From an uncultured Acidimicrobiales bacterium (lineage in GTDB: Bacteria > Actinomycetota > Acidimicrobiia > Acidimicrobiales > SZUA-35), in NCBI GenBank assembly GCA_963803845.1, contig CAWDNZ010000004.1, positions 768,713-832,712 of the forward strand: a stretch of DNA of 64,000 bases, read 5' to 3'. Under the pieces are notes generated by a model. It was given only the letters and a program-made list of their open reading frames with translations, was not told where the DNA came from and ran no database searches. Below are positions 7,772 through 18,900 of this stretch, one piece after another. The position numbers and the translations under genes are program-made. The stretch's first letter is position 1, and each line of letters opens with the position of its first letter.

Positions 7772-8932
7772 TCATCGCGAGCGCTCGAACTTGAACTCGA
7801 TCCGACGATTCCGTTGACGCCCTTCCCGGGTGTCATTGCTGGCGATCGGCTCAGATGACCCCGCGCCGCGGGTGGTCAGCCGCTCCGCGGGAATACCGAG
7901 ATTGATCAAGGCCTCCTGTACAGCTTCGGCCCGAGACTCCGACAGCGTCTGGTTGACCGTGTCACCGCCGTCAGAATCGGTATGGCCAACGATCTCGACG
8001 CCGATGTCGGGAACAGCATTGATGGCCGCAACGATCTGGGAAAGATTGGCCTGTCCTTCGCCGGTGATTCGGCTCGTGCCAACGTCGAAGAGAATCGGAT
8101 TGGCCACCAGCGTCGCCTGCAACTGAGCCTCATACACCTCAAGCGCCGCGTCGCTGAGATCGATTTCGCTGGCGTTTGTAACGACCGCAGAATTGAAGTC
8201 GAGCGCCGTGACTTCGGCCAGATCGTTGGCCCGCAGATCGCCCGGAGCGGTAGACCCCTCGATCGTGATGGTGGAGCCTTCCATCGTGGTGGGCACGATC
8301 TCAAGACCCGTACCGTCGACGTTGCCATCGCCATAAGCCGCTTCGGCGGCCGCAACGAGCCGCCGAACCGTTGCGTCATCGGGCACCGTCCCGGTGAGGA
8401 TGACCGAGTCACCCGCAACCGCCATGAGAATCACGGCAGGGTCGACGGCAGGATCAACAACACTGATGTCGAACTCGCCGGGGGTCAGCCCCAGTTGGGC
8501 CTGAACGGTAAGACGCAGGATTTCAGGAGCATCGTCGCCGGTCTCCGATACACCGCGAATGTTGATGGTTCCGGTGGCGAGGTCAACAAGGGGGTCGACG
8601 GTGAGGTCGTCCACCACATTTCCTCGACCAAACTCGGATTCGGCAATTCGAACCAACTGGATTCGGGCACCCTCATCGGGCACGGTACCGGTGAGCGTGG
8701 CGGTCGATCTATTGATCTCTGCATTCACAATGGCGGGTTTCAGTGCCGCCGGAATTGCCGTTGTTGACGTGGTCCTCCCGGCATCCACGAACGTGGAATC
8801 CGGGGCGTCATTCAGCTGGTAGGCCCAAAGCGCCATACCAACAAAAATCGCCGTGAGTGCTCCGAGAAATACCCAGGCTGCATAGACAGCCCGACGATCG
8901 TCCCGTTCATCATCCATTGCCTCGGTTCTCAC
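7772..8932 (-). CDS. OmpA-family peptidoglycan-binding protein with BON-like repeats (ArfA-like architecture)
   Basis: N-terminal TM segment (VYAAWVFLGALTAIFVGMALWAY). Two LTGTVPD..-type BON-like segments. C-terminal OmpA_C motif VGHTDSDGGDTVNQTLSESRAEAV...NRRIEFKF. Confidence 0.8.
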   Translation of the reverse strand: MRTEAMDDERDDRRAVYAAWVFLGALTAIFVGMALWAYQLNDAPDSTFVDAGRTTSTTAIPAALKPAIVNAEINRSTATLTGTVPDEGARIQLVRIAESEFGRGNVVDDLTVDPLVDLATGTINIRGVSETGDDAPEILRLTVQAQLGLTPGEFDISVVDPAVDPAVILMAVAGDSVILTGTVPDDATVRRLVAAAEAAYGDGNVDGTGLEIVPTTMEGSTITIEGSTAPGDLRANDLAEVTALDFNSAVVTNASEIDLSDAALEVYEAQLQATLVANPILFDVGTSRITGEGQANLSQIVAAINAVPDIGVEIVGHTDSDGGDTVNQTLSESRAEAVQEALINLGIPAERLTTRGAGSSEPIASNDTREGRQRNRRIEFKFERSR

Positions 8933-9001
8933 CGTTGTTTTCTACTACTGCGGCGCTTCATCCCCACCGCGAGGCAACGGAACGGTCGACAACGGTGCGG
9001 G

Positions 9002-10372
9002 TCAGGAGACCGCCGGAATTCGGGCCATCGCATCCTGGACCTTTTGCTCGGGGAAGTCATAGTCCACGATCTCGCCGGCGAAGTACCGTTCATAAGACGG
9101 GAGGTCCAGGTGGCCGTGACCGCACACTGCGGTGAGAATGACTCGTTCTTCGCCCTTTTCCCTGGCGTCCAACGCTTCCCGAATGGCACCAGCCAAGGCG
9201 TGGGTCGGCTCGGGCGCTGCCACGATCCCCTCGGTTCGGGCGAACTTGACGCCGGCCTCGAAGCACTCCGTCTGGTGAATCGAAATGGCCTCCATCATGC
9301 CGAGTTCGTAGATGTGGCTGATCAACGGGGCCATACCGTGATACCGAAGACCACCGGCGTGAATCGGGTCCGGCACGAAATCGTGGCCGAGGGTGTGCAT
9401 CTTCATCAACGGTGTCATCCCCGCAGCGTCGCCGAAATCGTAGGCATACCTCCCGCGCGTGAGGCTGGGGCACGCGGACGGTTCTATAGCAAGAATGCGC
9501 GGGTTCATTCGGCCCGCCATCTTCTCTCGTATGAAGGAGAACGACAGACCAGCGAAGTTGGAGCCACCGCCGGTGCAACCGACCAGAACATCGGGCGTGT
9601 CCTCCACTTTGGCCAGCTGGAGCAGAGCCTCTTCGCCGATGATCGTCTGGTGCAGGAGAACGTGATTGAGCACGGATCCCAGCGCATACCGAATCTCTGG
9701 ATCCGGGGCGGCCACCTCGACGGCCTCACTGATGGCGATCCCCAACGACCCGGGTGAACCCGGATTCGCCTGGAGGATGGCTCGACCGGCGGCGGTGAGA
9801 TCGCTGGGGCTGGGATGAACGACCCCTCCGAATGTCTCGATCATGGCCTTCCGGTAGGGCTTCTGGTCGTAGCTGGATCGAACCTGCCAGACTTCGCAGG
9901 TCATGTCGAAAAGAGCGCAGGCAAATGCGAGGGCGGTACCCCACTGGCCGGCTCCGGTCTCGGTGGTGAGCTTGTTGATCCCTTCCATCTTGTTGTAGTA
10001 GGCCTGCGGGACCGCAGTGTTGGGCTTGTGGGATCCGGCTGGCGAAACGCCTTCGTACTTGTAGTAGATACGGGCCGGCGTATCCAACGCCTTCTCCAGC
10101 CCGTGGGCTCGAAACAGCGGGGTCGGCCGCCACATCCGGTAGATGTCCAAAACCTCACCGGGGATGTCGATGTAGCGATCCATCGACACCTCCTGCATGA
10201 TCAGGGCCATTGGAAACAACGCCTCGAAGTCCTCGGGGCCGGCGGGTTGATGGGTACCGGGATGCAGCGCCGGAGGTGGCGGGGAGGGGAGATCGGGCAC
10301 GATGTTGTACCACTGGGTCGGCATTTCGGATTCGGTGAGAAGAATCTTGCGGTCGTTGCGGGAAACAGTCAC
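9002..10372 (-). CDS. TrpB-like PLP-dependent enzyme (TrpB2 type tryptophan synthase beta)
   Basis: 456 aa. [13 protein letters not shown]...[39 protein letters not shown] is the characteristic long-form TrpB2 N-terminus with the PLP lysine context. Confidence 0.85.
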   Translation of the reverse strand: MTVSRNDRKILLTESEMPTQWYNIVPDLPSPPPPALHPGTHQPAGPEDFEALFPMALIMQEVSMDRYIDIPGEVLDIYRMWRPTPLFRAHGLEKALDTPARIYYKYEGVSPAGSHKPNTAVPQAYYNKMEGINKLTTETGAGQWGTALAFACALFDMTCEVWQVRSSYDQKPYRKAMIETFGGVVHPSPSDLTAAGRAILQANPGSPGSLGIAISEAVEVAAPDPEIRYALGSVLNHVLLHQTIIGEEALLQLAKVEDTPDVLVGCTGGGSNFAGLSFSFIREKMAGRMNPRILAIEPSACPSLTRGRYAYDFGDAAGMTPLMKMHTLGHDFVPDPIHAGGLRYHGMAPLISHIYELGMMEAISIHQTECFEAGVKFARTEGIVAAPEPTHALAGAIREALDAREKGEERVILTAVCGHGHLDLPSYERYFAGEIVDYDFPEQKVQDAMARIPAVS

Positions 10373-10443
10373 GGTGTGACACTAGACCGCTGAAGGATCG
10401 ACCGTCTAACGCCTCACGCCGTTTGAACCGCGTCCATAGCTGG

Positions 10444-10746
10444 TTAGGCGTTCAGCGGAGTCCCCATCGCCTCGGGCAGTGCGGAAATGTATTCGTCGAC
10501 CTCGATAAAGATGCACTCACCGGGGCACTCTGCCGCCGCCGCTATCACATCGGCTTCAAACGACTGGGGAACGAGTGCCATCTCGGCCGACCCTCCCGGA
10601 TCGTTGAACACTCGGTCGCCTTCGAGGCAGTACGCAATACCGTCTTCGAGGATCGTGAAAACCTCCGGAGCGTGGTCGGTACAGATCCCGTCTCCGGTGC
10701 AGAGGTCCTGATCTATCCACACATGGATGCGAGAGATGTCGCTCAT
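10444..10746 (-). CDS. Ferredoxin (single-cluster actinobacterial type)
   Basis: [30 protein letters not shown]....[12 protein letters not shown] gives a CxxxGxC...CP cluster motif. The internal ATG at 10746 was chosen over the ORF-track start. Confidence 0.75.
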   Translation of the reverse strand: MSDISRIHVWIDQDLCTGDGICTDHAPEVFTILEDGIAYCLEGDRVFNDPGGSAEMALVPQSFEADVIAAAAECPGECIFIEVDEYISALPEAMGTPLNA

Positions 10747-10829
10747 CGAGCTACACCGTACAGCCACAACCCAACCGAAGGGAGACCGGGCGATACGCTG
10801 GGCGCTGTGACCTCCCCGCTCGGAAAACT

Positions 10830-11912
10830 GTGACCAGCGTTTACGGCAAGCTGTTTCGTATCAGCACGTTCGGCGAGTCCCACGGACCAGCGGTTGGAGT
10901 AATCGTGGATGGTTGTCCAGCCGGTGTGCCGGTCGTCGTCAAGGAAATACAGGTGGACCTTGATCGGCGCCGTCCAGGTCAGAGTCATTTGGTAACCCAG
11001 CGGGCCGAGGGGGATGAAGTAGAAATCCTCTCGGGTGTTTTCGATGGTCACACAACCGGCACGCCTGTTGCGATGATGGTCCGCAACGCCGACCAAAATC
11101 CCGGAGCCTATGACCACCTGAAAGAGGTGTTCCGTCCCAGTCACGCGGACTTCACCTACCTCGCAAAGTACGGTCGACGTGATCACCGCGGCGGAGGGCG
11201 GAGCTCGGCCCGCGAGACCGTGGGGCGCGTTGCGGCGGCCGCTCTTGCCCGTCGGTGGCTGGCCGACGCGTACGGGGTTGAGGTGCTGGCCTGGGTGCAG
11301 CAGGTGCACTCGATCGACGCCACAGTCGATCGCTCCGAGGTGACGCTTCACGACGTTGAGGCCAGCCCCACTCGCTGCCCCGATCCAGCGACCGCCAAGC
11401 AGATGGAGGCAGCAATTGAGGAGGCGCGCAAACGTGGCGACTCCCTCGGGGGCGTGGTCGAGTTCGTGGCCCGAGGCGTCCCCGCCGGCTGGGGCGAGCC
11501 GGTCTTCGACCGCCTGGAGGCCGACCTCGGTAAGGGTGTGCTGTCACTTCCGGCCTGCAAGGGTTTCGAGATCGGCTCTGGCTTCGCTGGAACCCGGCTC
11601 ACCGGCCTGCAACACAACGATCCTTTCGTCCCCGGCGATGGCTCTCCTTCGCTGGCTACCAACAACTCGGGGGGGATCCAGGGCGGGATCTCGGCGGGAG
11701 CCCTGGTGTATGGGCGGGCGGCATTCAAGCCCACCGCCACGATCGCCTCGGAGCAGACAACGGTGACCACCACAGGGGAGGCCACCACGTTGGCCGCCAA
11801 GGGTCGCCACGATCCCTGTGTTCTGCCCCGGGCGGTGCCGATGGTGGAGGCGATGGTGCTCTTGACCCTGGCCGATCATGCCCTCAGGCAAAACGCCTAC
11901 GGCCCCAGCTAG
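10830..11912 (+). CDS. aroC: Chorismate synthase
   Basis: [28 protein letters not shown]-terminus, plus GRSSARET and [11 protein letters not shown] motifs. Confidence 0.93.
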   Translation: MTSVYGKLFRISTFGESHGPAVGVIVDGCPAGVPVVVKEIQVDLDRRRPGQSHLVTQRAEGDEVEILSGVFDGHTTGTPVAMMVRNADQNPGAYDHLKEVFRPSHADFTYLAKYGRRDHRGGGRSSARETVGRVAAAALARRWLADAYGVEVLAWVQQVHSIDATVDRSEVTLHDVEASPTRCPDPATAKQMEAAIEEARKRGDSLGGVVEFVARGVPAGWGEPVFDRLEADLGKGVLSLPACKGFEIGSGFAGTRLTGLQHNDPFVPGDGSPSLATNNSGGIQGGISAGALVYGRAAFKPTATIASEQTTVTTTGEATTLAAKGRHDPCVLPRAVPMVEAMVLLTLADHALRQNAYGPS

Positions 11913-12310
11913 AACACGCCGCGGCGGGGATGGTCCAACACCATGGTGACCACGCCCAGCACCTCACCAGCCTGGATCGGTCCGAAATGGCGGGAGTCGT
12001 TGCCGCAGTCGACGTTGTCGCTCAGCACCCAAAGTGAGGCGTCTTCCAAAATCCGCTGGACTCGTTTCACCACCACGGTGGACGATTGACCAGGATGGAG
12101 CGCCACCACGATCTGACCCTCGGCCAGAGCACGGGAGGGATCCATGAGCACGAACCAGCCCGGCTCGAGTGTAGGGAGCATGGACCGCCCGCCAACCACG
12201 AAGCGGCGCCGTCGACCGCGGGCCCATGCCCACAGGTCGGCGACGATAGAGAAGTAGCTACGCGGTGACCGCGAGGCGATGTCTGAGTTAGGAGGCGGTG
12301 ACCCAGGCAA
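11909..12310 (-). CDS. sodX: Nickel-type superoxide dismutase maturation protease (S26 signal-peptidase-like, SodX)
   Basis: [12 protein letters not shown] (catalytic Ser context), VVKRV (Lys), LSDN..G.DSR. It lies immediately downstream of sodN. The start is uncertain: the first in-frame ATG/GTG after the sodN stop is a GTG only ~8 codons before the catalytic Ser, so I took the TTG at 12310 (23-nt overlap). The ORF-track ATG is at 12382. Confidence 0.7.
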   Translation of the reverse strand: MPGSPPPNSDIASRSPRSYFSIVADLWAWARGRRRRFVVGGRSMLPTLEPGWFVLMDPSRALAEGQIVVALHPGQSSTVVVKRVQRILEDASLWVLSDNVDCGNDSRHFGPIQAGEVLGVVTMVLDHPRRGVF

Positions 12311-12752
12311 CGTCGCGGTTCTTCGTTGCCCAGAACATGTTGTGGATCGCTTCGATCTGCGCCATGAGCTCGTTGGCGGCATCTACGCTGACCGAGGTCT
12401 TACAGGCCGATGCTTGCTTGGCCGCATTCCAGAACGTGGTGTGTAGATCTGGGTAGGCCTCCAGGTGGGTCGGCTTGAAGTAGTCATGCCAGAGGATGTT
12501 GAGTTCCCGCTTCACAATCTCGGCTTGCTCTTCTTTGATGGCGATATAACGCGTGCGGGTGTTTTCGGAAGCGAGACCCTGGTCATCGCCGAGATCTACG
12601 AGCTTCTTGGTCATGGACAGCACGGCTTCACCGGCGATGCGGGCGCTAGCGGGGTCATACACACCACAGGGGCCGTCGCAATGAGCAGAGGCGACCGGGG
12701 CGGGACTCCAACGGTTCAGCGAGGCGAGCAAGGTCTTTGAAACACTCATCAA
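12288..12752 (-). CDS. sodN: Nickel superoxide dismutase precursor
   Basis: A 23-aa leader is followed by the Ni-hook HCDGPCGVYDP, then the helical bundle sequence (AIKEEQAEIVKRELNILWHDYFKP). Confidence 0.92.
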   Translation of the reverse strand: MMSVSKTLLASLNRWSPAPVASAHCDGPCGVYDPASARIAGEAVLSMTKKLVDLGDDQGLASENTRTRYIAIKEEQAEIVKRELNILWHDYFKPTHLEAYPDLHTTFWNAAKQASACKTSVSVDAANELMAQIEAIHNMFWATKNRDVAWVTAS

Positions 12753-12876
12753 TCAACTCCATGGGGAAGTGGGCACTTCCTTCGTACCCAGCGGTTTTCA
12801 CAACGCTAGCGAGCATTTGCGGCGACGCCCCAAAGGAACCGAATCACCGATCCCCGAACAGGGGTGCTTGTGGCGC

Positions 12877-13800
12877 TCAGTCGGACCCGGAGTCGCCGGA
12901 CTCGCGGAGATAGGCCTCCAGCTCGGCGGCGAGGTCGTCGCCGCTGGGAAACCGGTCCTCATCCTGGTCGACTCGTTTTTCGAGATGCTGGAGGTAGACC
13001 CTGCTTTCCTCGTCGGCTTGTACGGCCTCGTCAACTTGGCGCGTCCACTCGTGCACGTGACCATCGAGGTCGGTGTACTTGGTGGGGATTCCGGTGAGTT
13101 GCTCGAGCCGTCGCAACAAGACCTGGGTGGCTTTGGGGCTGGGAGCGCCGGGCACATAGTGGGGCACCTCGGATCGAAGCGAGAGAACGGGAAGGCTTGA
13201 TGCTTCCAGGGTCTGGTTGATCACGCCGATCACCCCGGTGGGCCCTTCATAAGACGGCGAGTTGAGCTGCATTCGTTGAGCGAGAATTGGATCGCCGGCA
13301 CTGCCCACCACTCGCGCTGGTCGGGTATGAGGCGTCATGGCCAAGGTGGAGCCCAACGTGATCACCAGTTCGGTTCCGGAGAGGAGGACAAGCCTCCCGA
13401 CCGCTTCGGCTAGGGACCGCCAGCGGTACTGCGGTTCAATCCCCACCACCACCAGCGCATCCCGGGGACCTTCGGCCCGGCAACCGAAGATCTTCACCTT
13501 GGGCCAGTCAATGATTCTCTGCCCGTCAGGTCCAAAACCGGTGTGGGGCCGGGTCTCGGCGAAGTTGTACATCTCCTCGGGGTCGAACTCGCCGATCAGA
13601 GCTGAATCTGTGTGTTCCCTGATCCAGACCGCCGCGTTGGTTGATGCTTTCCCTGCATCGAAGAGCCCTTGCAGCGCCAATATCAAAATGGGTTGGCGAT
13701 AGGACGAGGGTGTCTCGAACCACGTCACTTCAAGCTCGTTTTCCGATTCGAACGGGTCCACTACCTGCACGGTAGCTACGCTCTGGGCCAAGGAGGGCAC
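12877..13800 (-). CDS. PAC2 (proteasome assembly chaperone 2-like) family protein
   Basis: 307 aa. PILILALQGLFDAGKAS...IFGC....VVVGIEPQYRW pattern, typical of actinobacterial PAC2 proteins. Confidence 0.6.
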   Translation of the reverse strand: MPSLAQSVATVQVVDPFESENELEVTWFETPSSYRQPILILALQGLFDAGKASTNAAVWIREHTDSALIGEFDPEEMYNFAETRPHTGFGPDGQRIIDWPKVKIFGCRAEGPRDALVVVGIEPQYRWRSLAEAVGRLVLLSGTELVITLGSTLAMTPHTRPARVVGSAGDPILAQRMQLNSPSYEGPTGVIGVINQTLEASSLPVLSLRSEVPHYVPGAPSPKATQVLLRRLEQLTGIPTKYTDLDGHVHEWTRQVDEAVQADEESRVYLQHLEKRVDQDEDRFPSGDDLAAELEAYLRESGDSGSD

Positions 13801-13801
13801 C

Positions 13802-14719
13802 GTGGCTGCTGGGAAAATCGTCGACTGGTCCGATAGTGAACGACACCTGACTCCCCACGTACGGGTCTTACTGGGCGCGGACGCGGGCGCCTATCCATCG
13901 GGCAACTCTCTCGTCGTCTCCGGAGCTGCGGAATCCGTGATCATCGACCCGTCGGTGACCGTCGTGGAACGGGGCGGGGCACCGCTGCCGATCGACGCAA
14001 TACTGACCTCGCACTCCCACGAGGATCACATGGCGGGCAACGGGCTGTTCTCCACAGCGCGGGTGCATGTGCACCACGACGATCTTCCCGGCGTCGCCAG
14101 TCTGGAAGGGTTGGCGGCCACCTATGGACTCGAGAGTGCGGTGTGGGCCGAGTTCGAGCCCACCATCGTGGACCAGTTCAGCTTTGTTCCCCGACCCGAT
14201 GCCATCGCCTTTTCCGACGGCCAGGTTTTTGATCTCGGAGGGACCACGGTGGAAGCGGTTCACCTGCCCGGGCATACCAGGGGCCATTCGGGCTTTCGGA
14301 TCAGTGGCGGCGTGTTCTTCTGTTCCGATATCGACCTCACCGGTTTCGGGCCGTACTACGGCGACGCCTGGAGTGATCTTGATCAGTTTGAGAGCAGTCT
14401 GGCCAAAATCCGAGACGAAGACGCGGCCTTTTACGTCACCTTTCATCATCGTGGCGTGATCGAGGGCCGGCGGAATTTCATTGAACGGCTCGATACATTT
14501 ACCGCGGTCATCGGTCGCCGTCACCAGGAGATGTTGAGTTTTCTCGCCACCCCGCATTCGGTTTCTGAGATGGTGGACCGCCGATTCGTCTACCGTCCCC
14601 ATGTGCAGAACGCCCTCGTTGACTCGGTAGAGCGCCGAACCGCCGAACTCCACCTCCAGCGCATGATCCAGCGCCACGAGGTAGAAGCGGTTGGAAGCGG
14701 GCTATTCCAGGCACGATGA
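13802..14719 (+). CDS. MBL-fold metallo-hydrolase
   Basis: The HxHxDH motif reads SHSHEDHMAGN, followed by HLPGHTRGH. Confidence 0.8.
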   Translation: MAAGKIVDWSDSERHLTPHVRVLLGADAGAYPSGNSLVVSGAAESVIIDPSVTVVERGGAPLPIDAILTSHSHEDHMAGNGLFSTARVHVHHDDLPGVASLEGLAATYGLESAVWAEFEPTIVDQFSFVPRPDAIAFSDGQVFDLGGTTVEAVHLPGHTRGHSGFRISGGVFFCSDIDLTGFGPYYGDAWSDLDQFESSLAKIRDEDAAFYVTFHHRGVIEGRRNFIERLDTFTAVIGRRHQEMLSFLATPHSVSEMVDRRFVYRPHVQNALVDSVERRTAELHLQRMIQRHEVEAVGSGLFQAR

Positions 14720-14762
14720 GCTCCTTCCCACACCCCGAGCGACCCAGAACGGTGAATACCTC

Positions 14763-15713
14763 ATGAGTAGTAGTCCAGTCCACATGTTTCTCCCCGGCCA
14801 CAACCAACAGATGGCCGACGAACTCGCCCGGGTGTTACCAGGGCGTCGGCTCATTCCGTTGGAAGACGCAAAAGCATTCGGCGCCGCTCTGCCGAAGATG
14901 GAGATCCTGGTCACCGGCCGGGCCCCGAGGAACCGTTGGGCCCGGGCCGACAATCTTCGCCTGATTCACGTGGCCGGGTCAGGGGTGGACTCGTTGTTGC
15001 CGGCACCCGATCTTGCCGAACACGTTGTGATCACCAATTCCCGGGGCTCTCACGAACCTCACCTGCCCGAGTTCGTGATGGCAATGGCGCTGGGCTTGGC
15101 CTACAACGTGCCGCAACTGGTTCGGCAACAGCACAATCATCAATGGCGCGAGACGTTCCCCCGCCCACTGTTCGAACAAACCATGTGTGTGGTGGGTATG
15201 GGGACTGTCGGTCGGAGTATCGCCCGCAGAGCGAAGGCACTGGGCATGAAGGTTGTGGGCATAAGCAGGAGCGGGCGCCATGTTGACGGCATCGACCAGG
15301 TGGTCGCAACCGGTGACCGACAGTATGTGCTCTCCGACGCCGACGTGGTGGTGGTGTGTGTTCCGCTCACCGATCAAACACGTGGGCTCATCGGTCCGCG
15401 CGAACTTGGGGCGATGCGACGCGGCGGCCTCCTCGTTGACGTGTCACGCGGCGGGGTGGTTTATCTCGATGCGGTCATCGCTGCGCTGGAGAGCGGTCAA
15501 CTGCGCGGGGCGGCCCTGGATGTCTTCCGGACCGAACCTTTGCCAGCTCACCATCCGGCGTGGGATGTTGAAGGCCTCTTGATCACCCCTCACGTAGCAG
15601 GACTCAGTCGTGACTACATGGCGAGACTGTGCCGGTCCTTTGCGGAGAACCTGCAGGCGTTCGAAACCGGGATGTCACCACCGAACACCGTGAACCGAAA
15701 CCGGGGCTACTGA
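14763..15713 (+). CDS. D-isomer-specific 2-hydroxyacid dehydrogenase family, NAD-binding
   Basis: VVGMGTVGRSIARRAKALGMKVVGISR Rossmann motif; GAALDVFRTEPLP....ITPHVAG catalytic region. The ATG at 14763 avoids overlap with the upstream gene. Confidence 0.85.
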   Translation: MSSSPVHMFLPGHNQQMADELARVLPGRRLIPLEDAKAFGAALPKMEILVTGRAPRNRWARADNLRLIHVAGSGVDSLLPAPDLAEHVVITNSRGSHEPHLPEFVMAMALGLAYNVPQLVRQQHNHQWRETFPRPLFEQTMCVVGMGTVGRSIARRAKALGMKVVGISRSGRHVDGIDQVVATGDRQYVLSDADVVVVCVPLTDQTRGLIGPRELGAMRRGGLLVDVSRGGVVYLDAVIAALESGQLRGAALDVFRTEPLPAHHPAWDVEGLLITPHVAGLSRDYMARLCRSFAENLQAFETGMSPPNTVNRNRGY

Positions 15714-15748
15714 CCTCGAATATTGAACTGAGCGCAAAACCATTGAGC

Positions 15749-15783
15749 GGTCATGGAGAGCCCGCCGCGGGATCTCCATGACC
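15749..15783. terminator. Strong hairpin between convergent genes (11-bp perfect stem)
   Basis: GGTCATGGAGA-gcccgccgcggga-TCTCCATGACC. There is no U-tract on either side, so function as a terminator is inferred from position only. Confidence 0.5.
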
Positions 15784-15926
15784 GCCCAGCCGCCGCCAAG
15801 CGGCGAGTGCTTTACGCCTCTGTTGCCTATTGTTACCCATAGTTGCAACCGTTGCGTAACCGAAGATCCTCATGCTTCTACCAGCAGTCGGAGAATTCGC
15901 CGTCCAGGAACTCTCACCAGCAAGTT

Positions 15927-18900
15927 CTATTTTGGTAGCAGTGCTTCCAAACCGGTGCCGGCCGCAATCGGCACGATCGAGGCCATATCGGGTGGCGAAC
16001 CCAACGCGTTCGCCAGGTCAAGACGGCTCTTCAGTCGCCACAGTGGCATCTCTAGTGAATCGGCCAGTTCCACCACGCGTCGCGCCGAATCCTCATCCAG
16101 TGGTCCATCGAGTTGCGCCTCGTATCGGTCGATCGGCCCCAGATTGGCCACCCCTGCTCCCACGATCAACGCATTTCCCCGAAGCGGGACGAACAACTGT
16201 CGTACCCGATCCACGAGCTCATCGTCGTTGCAGGCCGCCAGCACGGGCGCGACCAGCGCCACGGCGGCCAGACCATGGGCGGCGGGAGCCCCGAGCACCT
16301 TCCGGGTTACCAAGAGCGCTTTGCGGATGGCCCGGCTCTCCTCACCGCTGGCGTACAGCGAAACCGCATGAGCGGCCTTGAAGAGGAGACTCGAAGCATC
16401 GTCGGGCGGGGTGGTGTCGAACACGGGGATCAGATCCGCATGCGTCTCCTCGAGCCACATCAGAAAAAACTCTTGAGCGAGCCGCGTGGGCGCGGCGACG
16501 CTGATGGCGTAACGCTGCCCGTGGGCCAGGGCGCCGTCGGCGATCTTGCGAGCCGTGTCCCAATCGCCCACGGTGTAGTGATGCATGGACTCAAACAGTT
16601 GGGCGTGCCACTGCCGAAGCGGGAGCGAGAGCCGGGCACTGAGCGCGGCGAACTCGGCATTGGCATCGAGGGCCATCGCAGTGTCGCCAACCTGGTAGCG
16701 ATCTAACGCTCGCAGTTGGAGCAACGGCAGCCGCGACCGATCATCATCGGTGTCCAGCAACGCTCGTTCCACTCGTTCCAGACGTTCGGAAGGGGCGACG
16801 CCCACGTCGTTCGCCATTCGCCAGGCCACCACCGCAGCCGCCCGCTCCGATGCTGAGGTTGCCGCCTGCGCCGCCCGATCCACCCAGGTCCGAGCAACCT
16901 GTTCCCGACCAAGCAGGGACGCCTGGCGGGTGAGATGGATGGCCAGTTCGAATCGTCTGGACCGATCCACCTTGGTGAACGGAATGGCCGAGAGCTGGGC
17001 GAACCGCTCCGGGTCCCCATCGATGAGCTCGGCCTCCGGCAGGCCGGCGATTGCGGCATCCAAGGCAGAGCTCCAGTCGCCCGCAGCGAAGCAGGCACCG
17101 ATGATCTCGCTCCTGAGTTCGGCCGCCTCGGTCAGTGCACCCGTACGGGAGACCGCATCGGCGAACTTCGTGGCGTCCCTCATCTCCAGAGGAATGGACT
17201 CGTCCAGGCTGAGGGCATTCCGGTAGGCATCAGCCGCCTCACGAAAAGAACCGGCCGCATGCAGCAATCTTGCCGAACGAAGCTGGGATGCCCGTGCTTC
17301 GGCCGCCGGTACCGTTGGGAACGCCAGGAGATCATGGCGGGCCCGGCGATGCGGGTCGTCGCTGAGGTTTCGCGCCCGCAGATGGAGTTGCCGCAAACGC
17401 AGACCGCGTGTTGTGATAAGAAACTCATCCATCGCCAAGCGATGCGCAAATGCGATCTGATCAACACCGGTGGTCTCGACCATGAGACCGGTATCCAGCA
17501 GCTCGTCGATGATGTCCAGCAAATCATCGAACTCAACATCGCACATCTGCTCCAGGTCGCTGAGTGAACACTCCAGACCCAAAACCGCGGCGGCCACACC
17601 AACCGATTGGGCTGAGGTGCTCAGCTTTGCAACCTGACGGCTGAATACCTCGAAGGTCTGTCCCGTTCCGGCTGGCGGCAATCGCAGATTGCTCGGATCC
17701 AGGGTCTGGATCACTGCCCGAACTACGGTAGGGAGCCCCTTGGACTGCCCCAGGATCTCCTCACTCAGACCCCGGACAACCAGCGAGGACGCATGGGGAT
17801 AGGCCGAGGAAACCAGCAGCCCCACCTCGTCGAGGTTCAGCGGGGCGAGTACATGGGGTCGGATCCCAACCAGATCCTTCAACTGAGCGGCCAGTCGTTT
17901 GAACTCGGAACGCTCTACGTCGGACTGCCCTTCGAGCAAGAAACGCAGCGGAAACCCAAGTGACGAGCGGGCCAAGAACATGAGGAGATCCAACGACGCA
18001 GAGTCCAGGTTGTGGCAGTCAGCGATAACCACGGTGATCGGTCGCCCAGCGGCGATGGTGCTGAGCTCCTCTGCCACCGAGGACCACAGCACGGTCTGAT
18101 TGACGCCAGATCCTTCGAGACCGTCTCGGCTGATTCGACGACGAAGGCCGGGCAGGAACTTCAGGAACGGTTCATAGGTGAGCGACACACCTTCGGTGCA
18201 TGTGCCGAGCAGCACCCGTCCAAGCGGAGGTCCGGCCCGGTGAATCACTGCCGCCGTGAAGCCTCGCCGGTCCGAACCGGCGGGACCACCGAGGAGAACG
18301 ATGGCGGGATCCGCCCGGATCAACTCGGTCGCGACTTCTTGGACCGCCGCATCTCGAACAGCCGGCTGGGACTCGTCGACGTGTAGGGCCGTGGGCGTCG
18401 CAGCACTGGGTCCGGGGATTTCGACCTCGCCAGCAAGCTCTGCCGACGCAGCCGGACCGAACGCCCCTGAATCGATTTGTCGTTGGAGTTGACGGCCAGC
18501 CTGTCCTAGCTCGGTGCCGAAGGTTGAAACGATCTCGGATCGAACGAGATTAAGAAGTTCTTTGGCCGGGAGCAGAAATCCCGCGTTGGCGTGAAGCCTG
18601 GCGATCGAGCATCCGAGATCCTCTTCATACGGAGCTACGAGAACACGCCGGTAGAGCGAGCGCAGAACAGGGCGACGAAGCTCCAACCCCTGGCGAGCTG
18701 CCGTATGAATGAGGTCGGCCTGCGCTCGCTCGATTTCTCGGATCGATGCGTCGATGGTGAGCGTGGGGTCGACGCCCGGGTAGATCTCCGCCGATGAGAG
18801 AATCTCGCTGAAACGTTCTGAATCGCCCGAGGTCAGAGCCACACCCGACCGCGCCGCGATCTGCTGGGCATACCAGGCGTCCACCTGATGGTCGTCCAGC

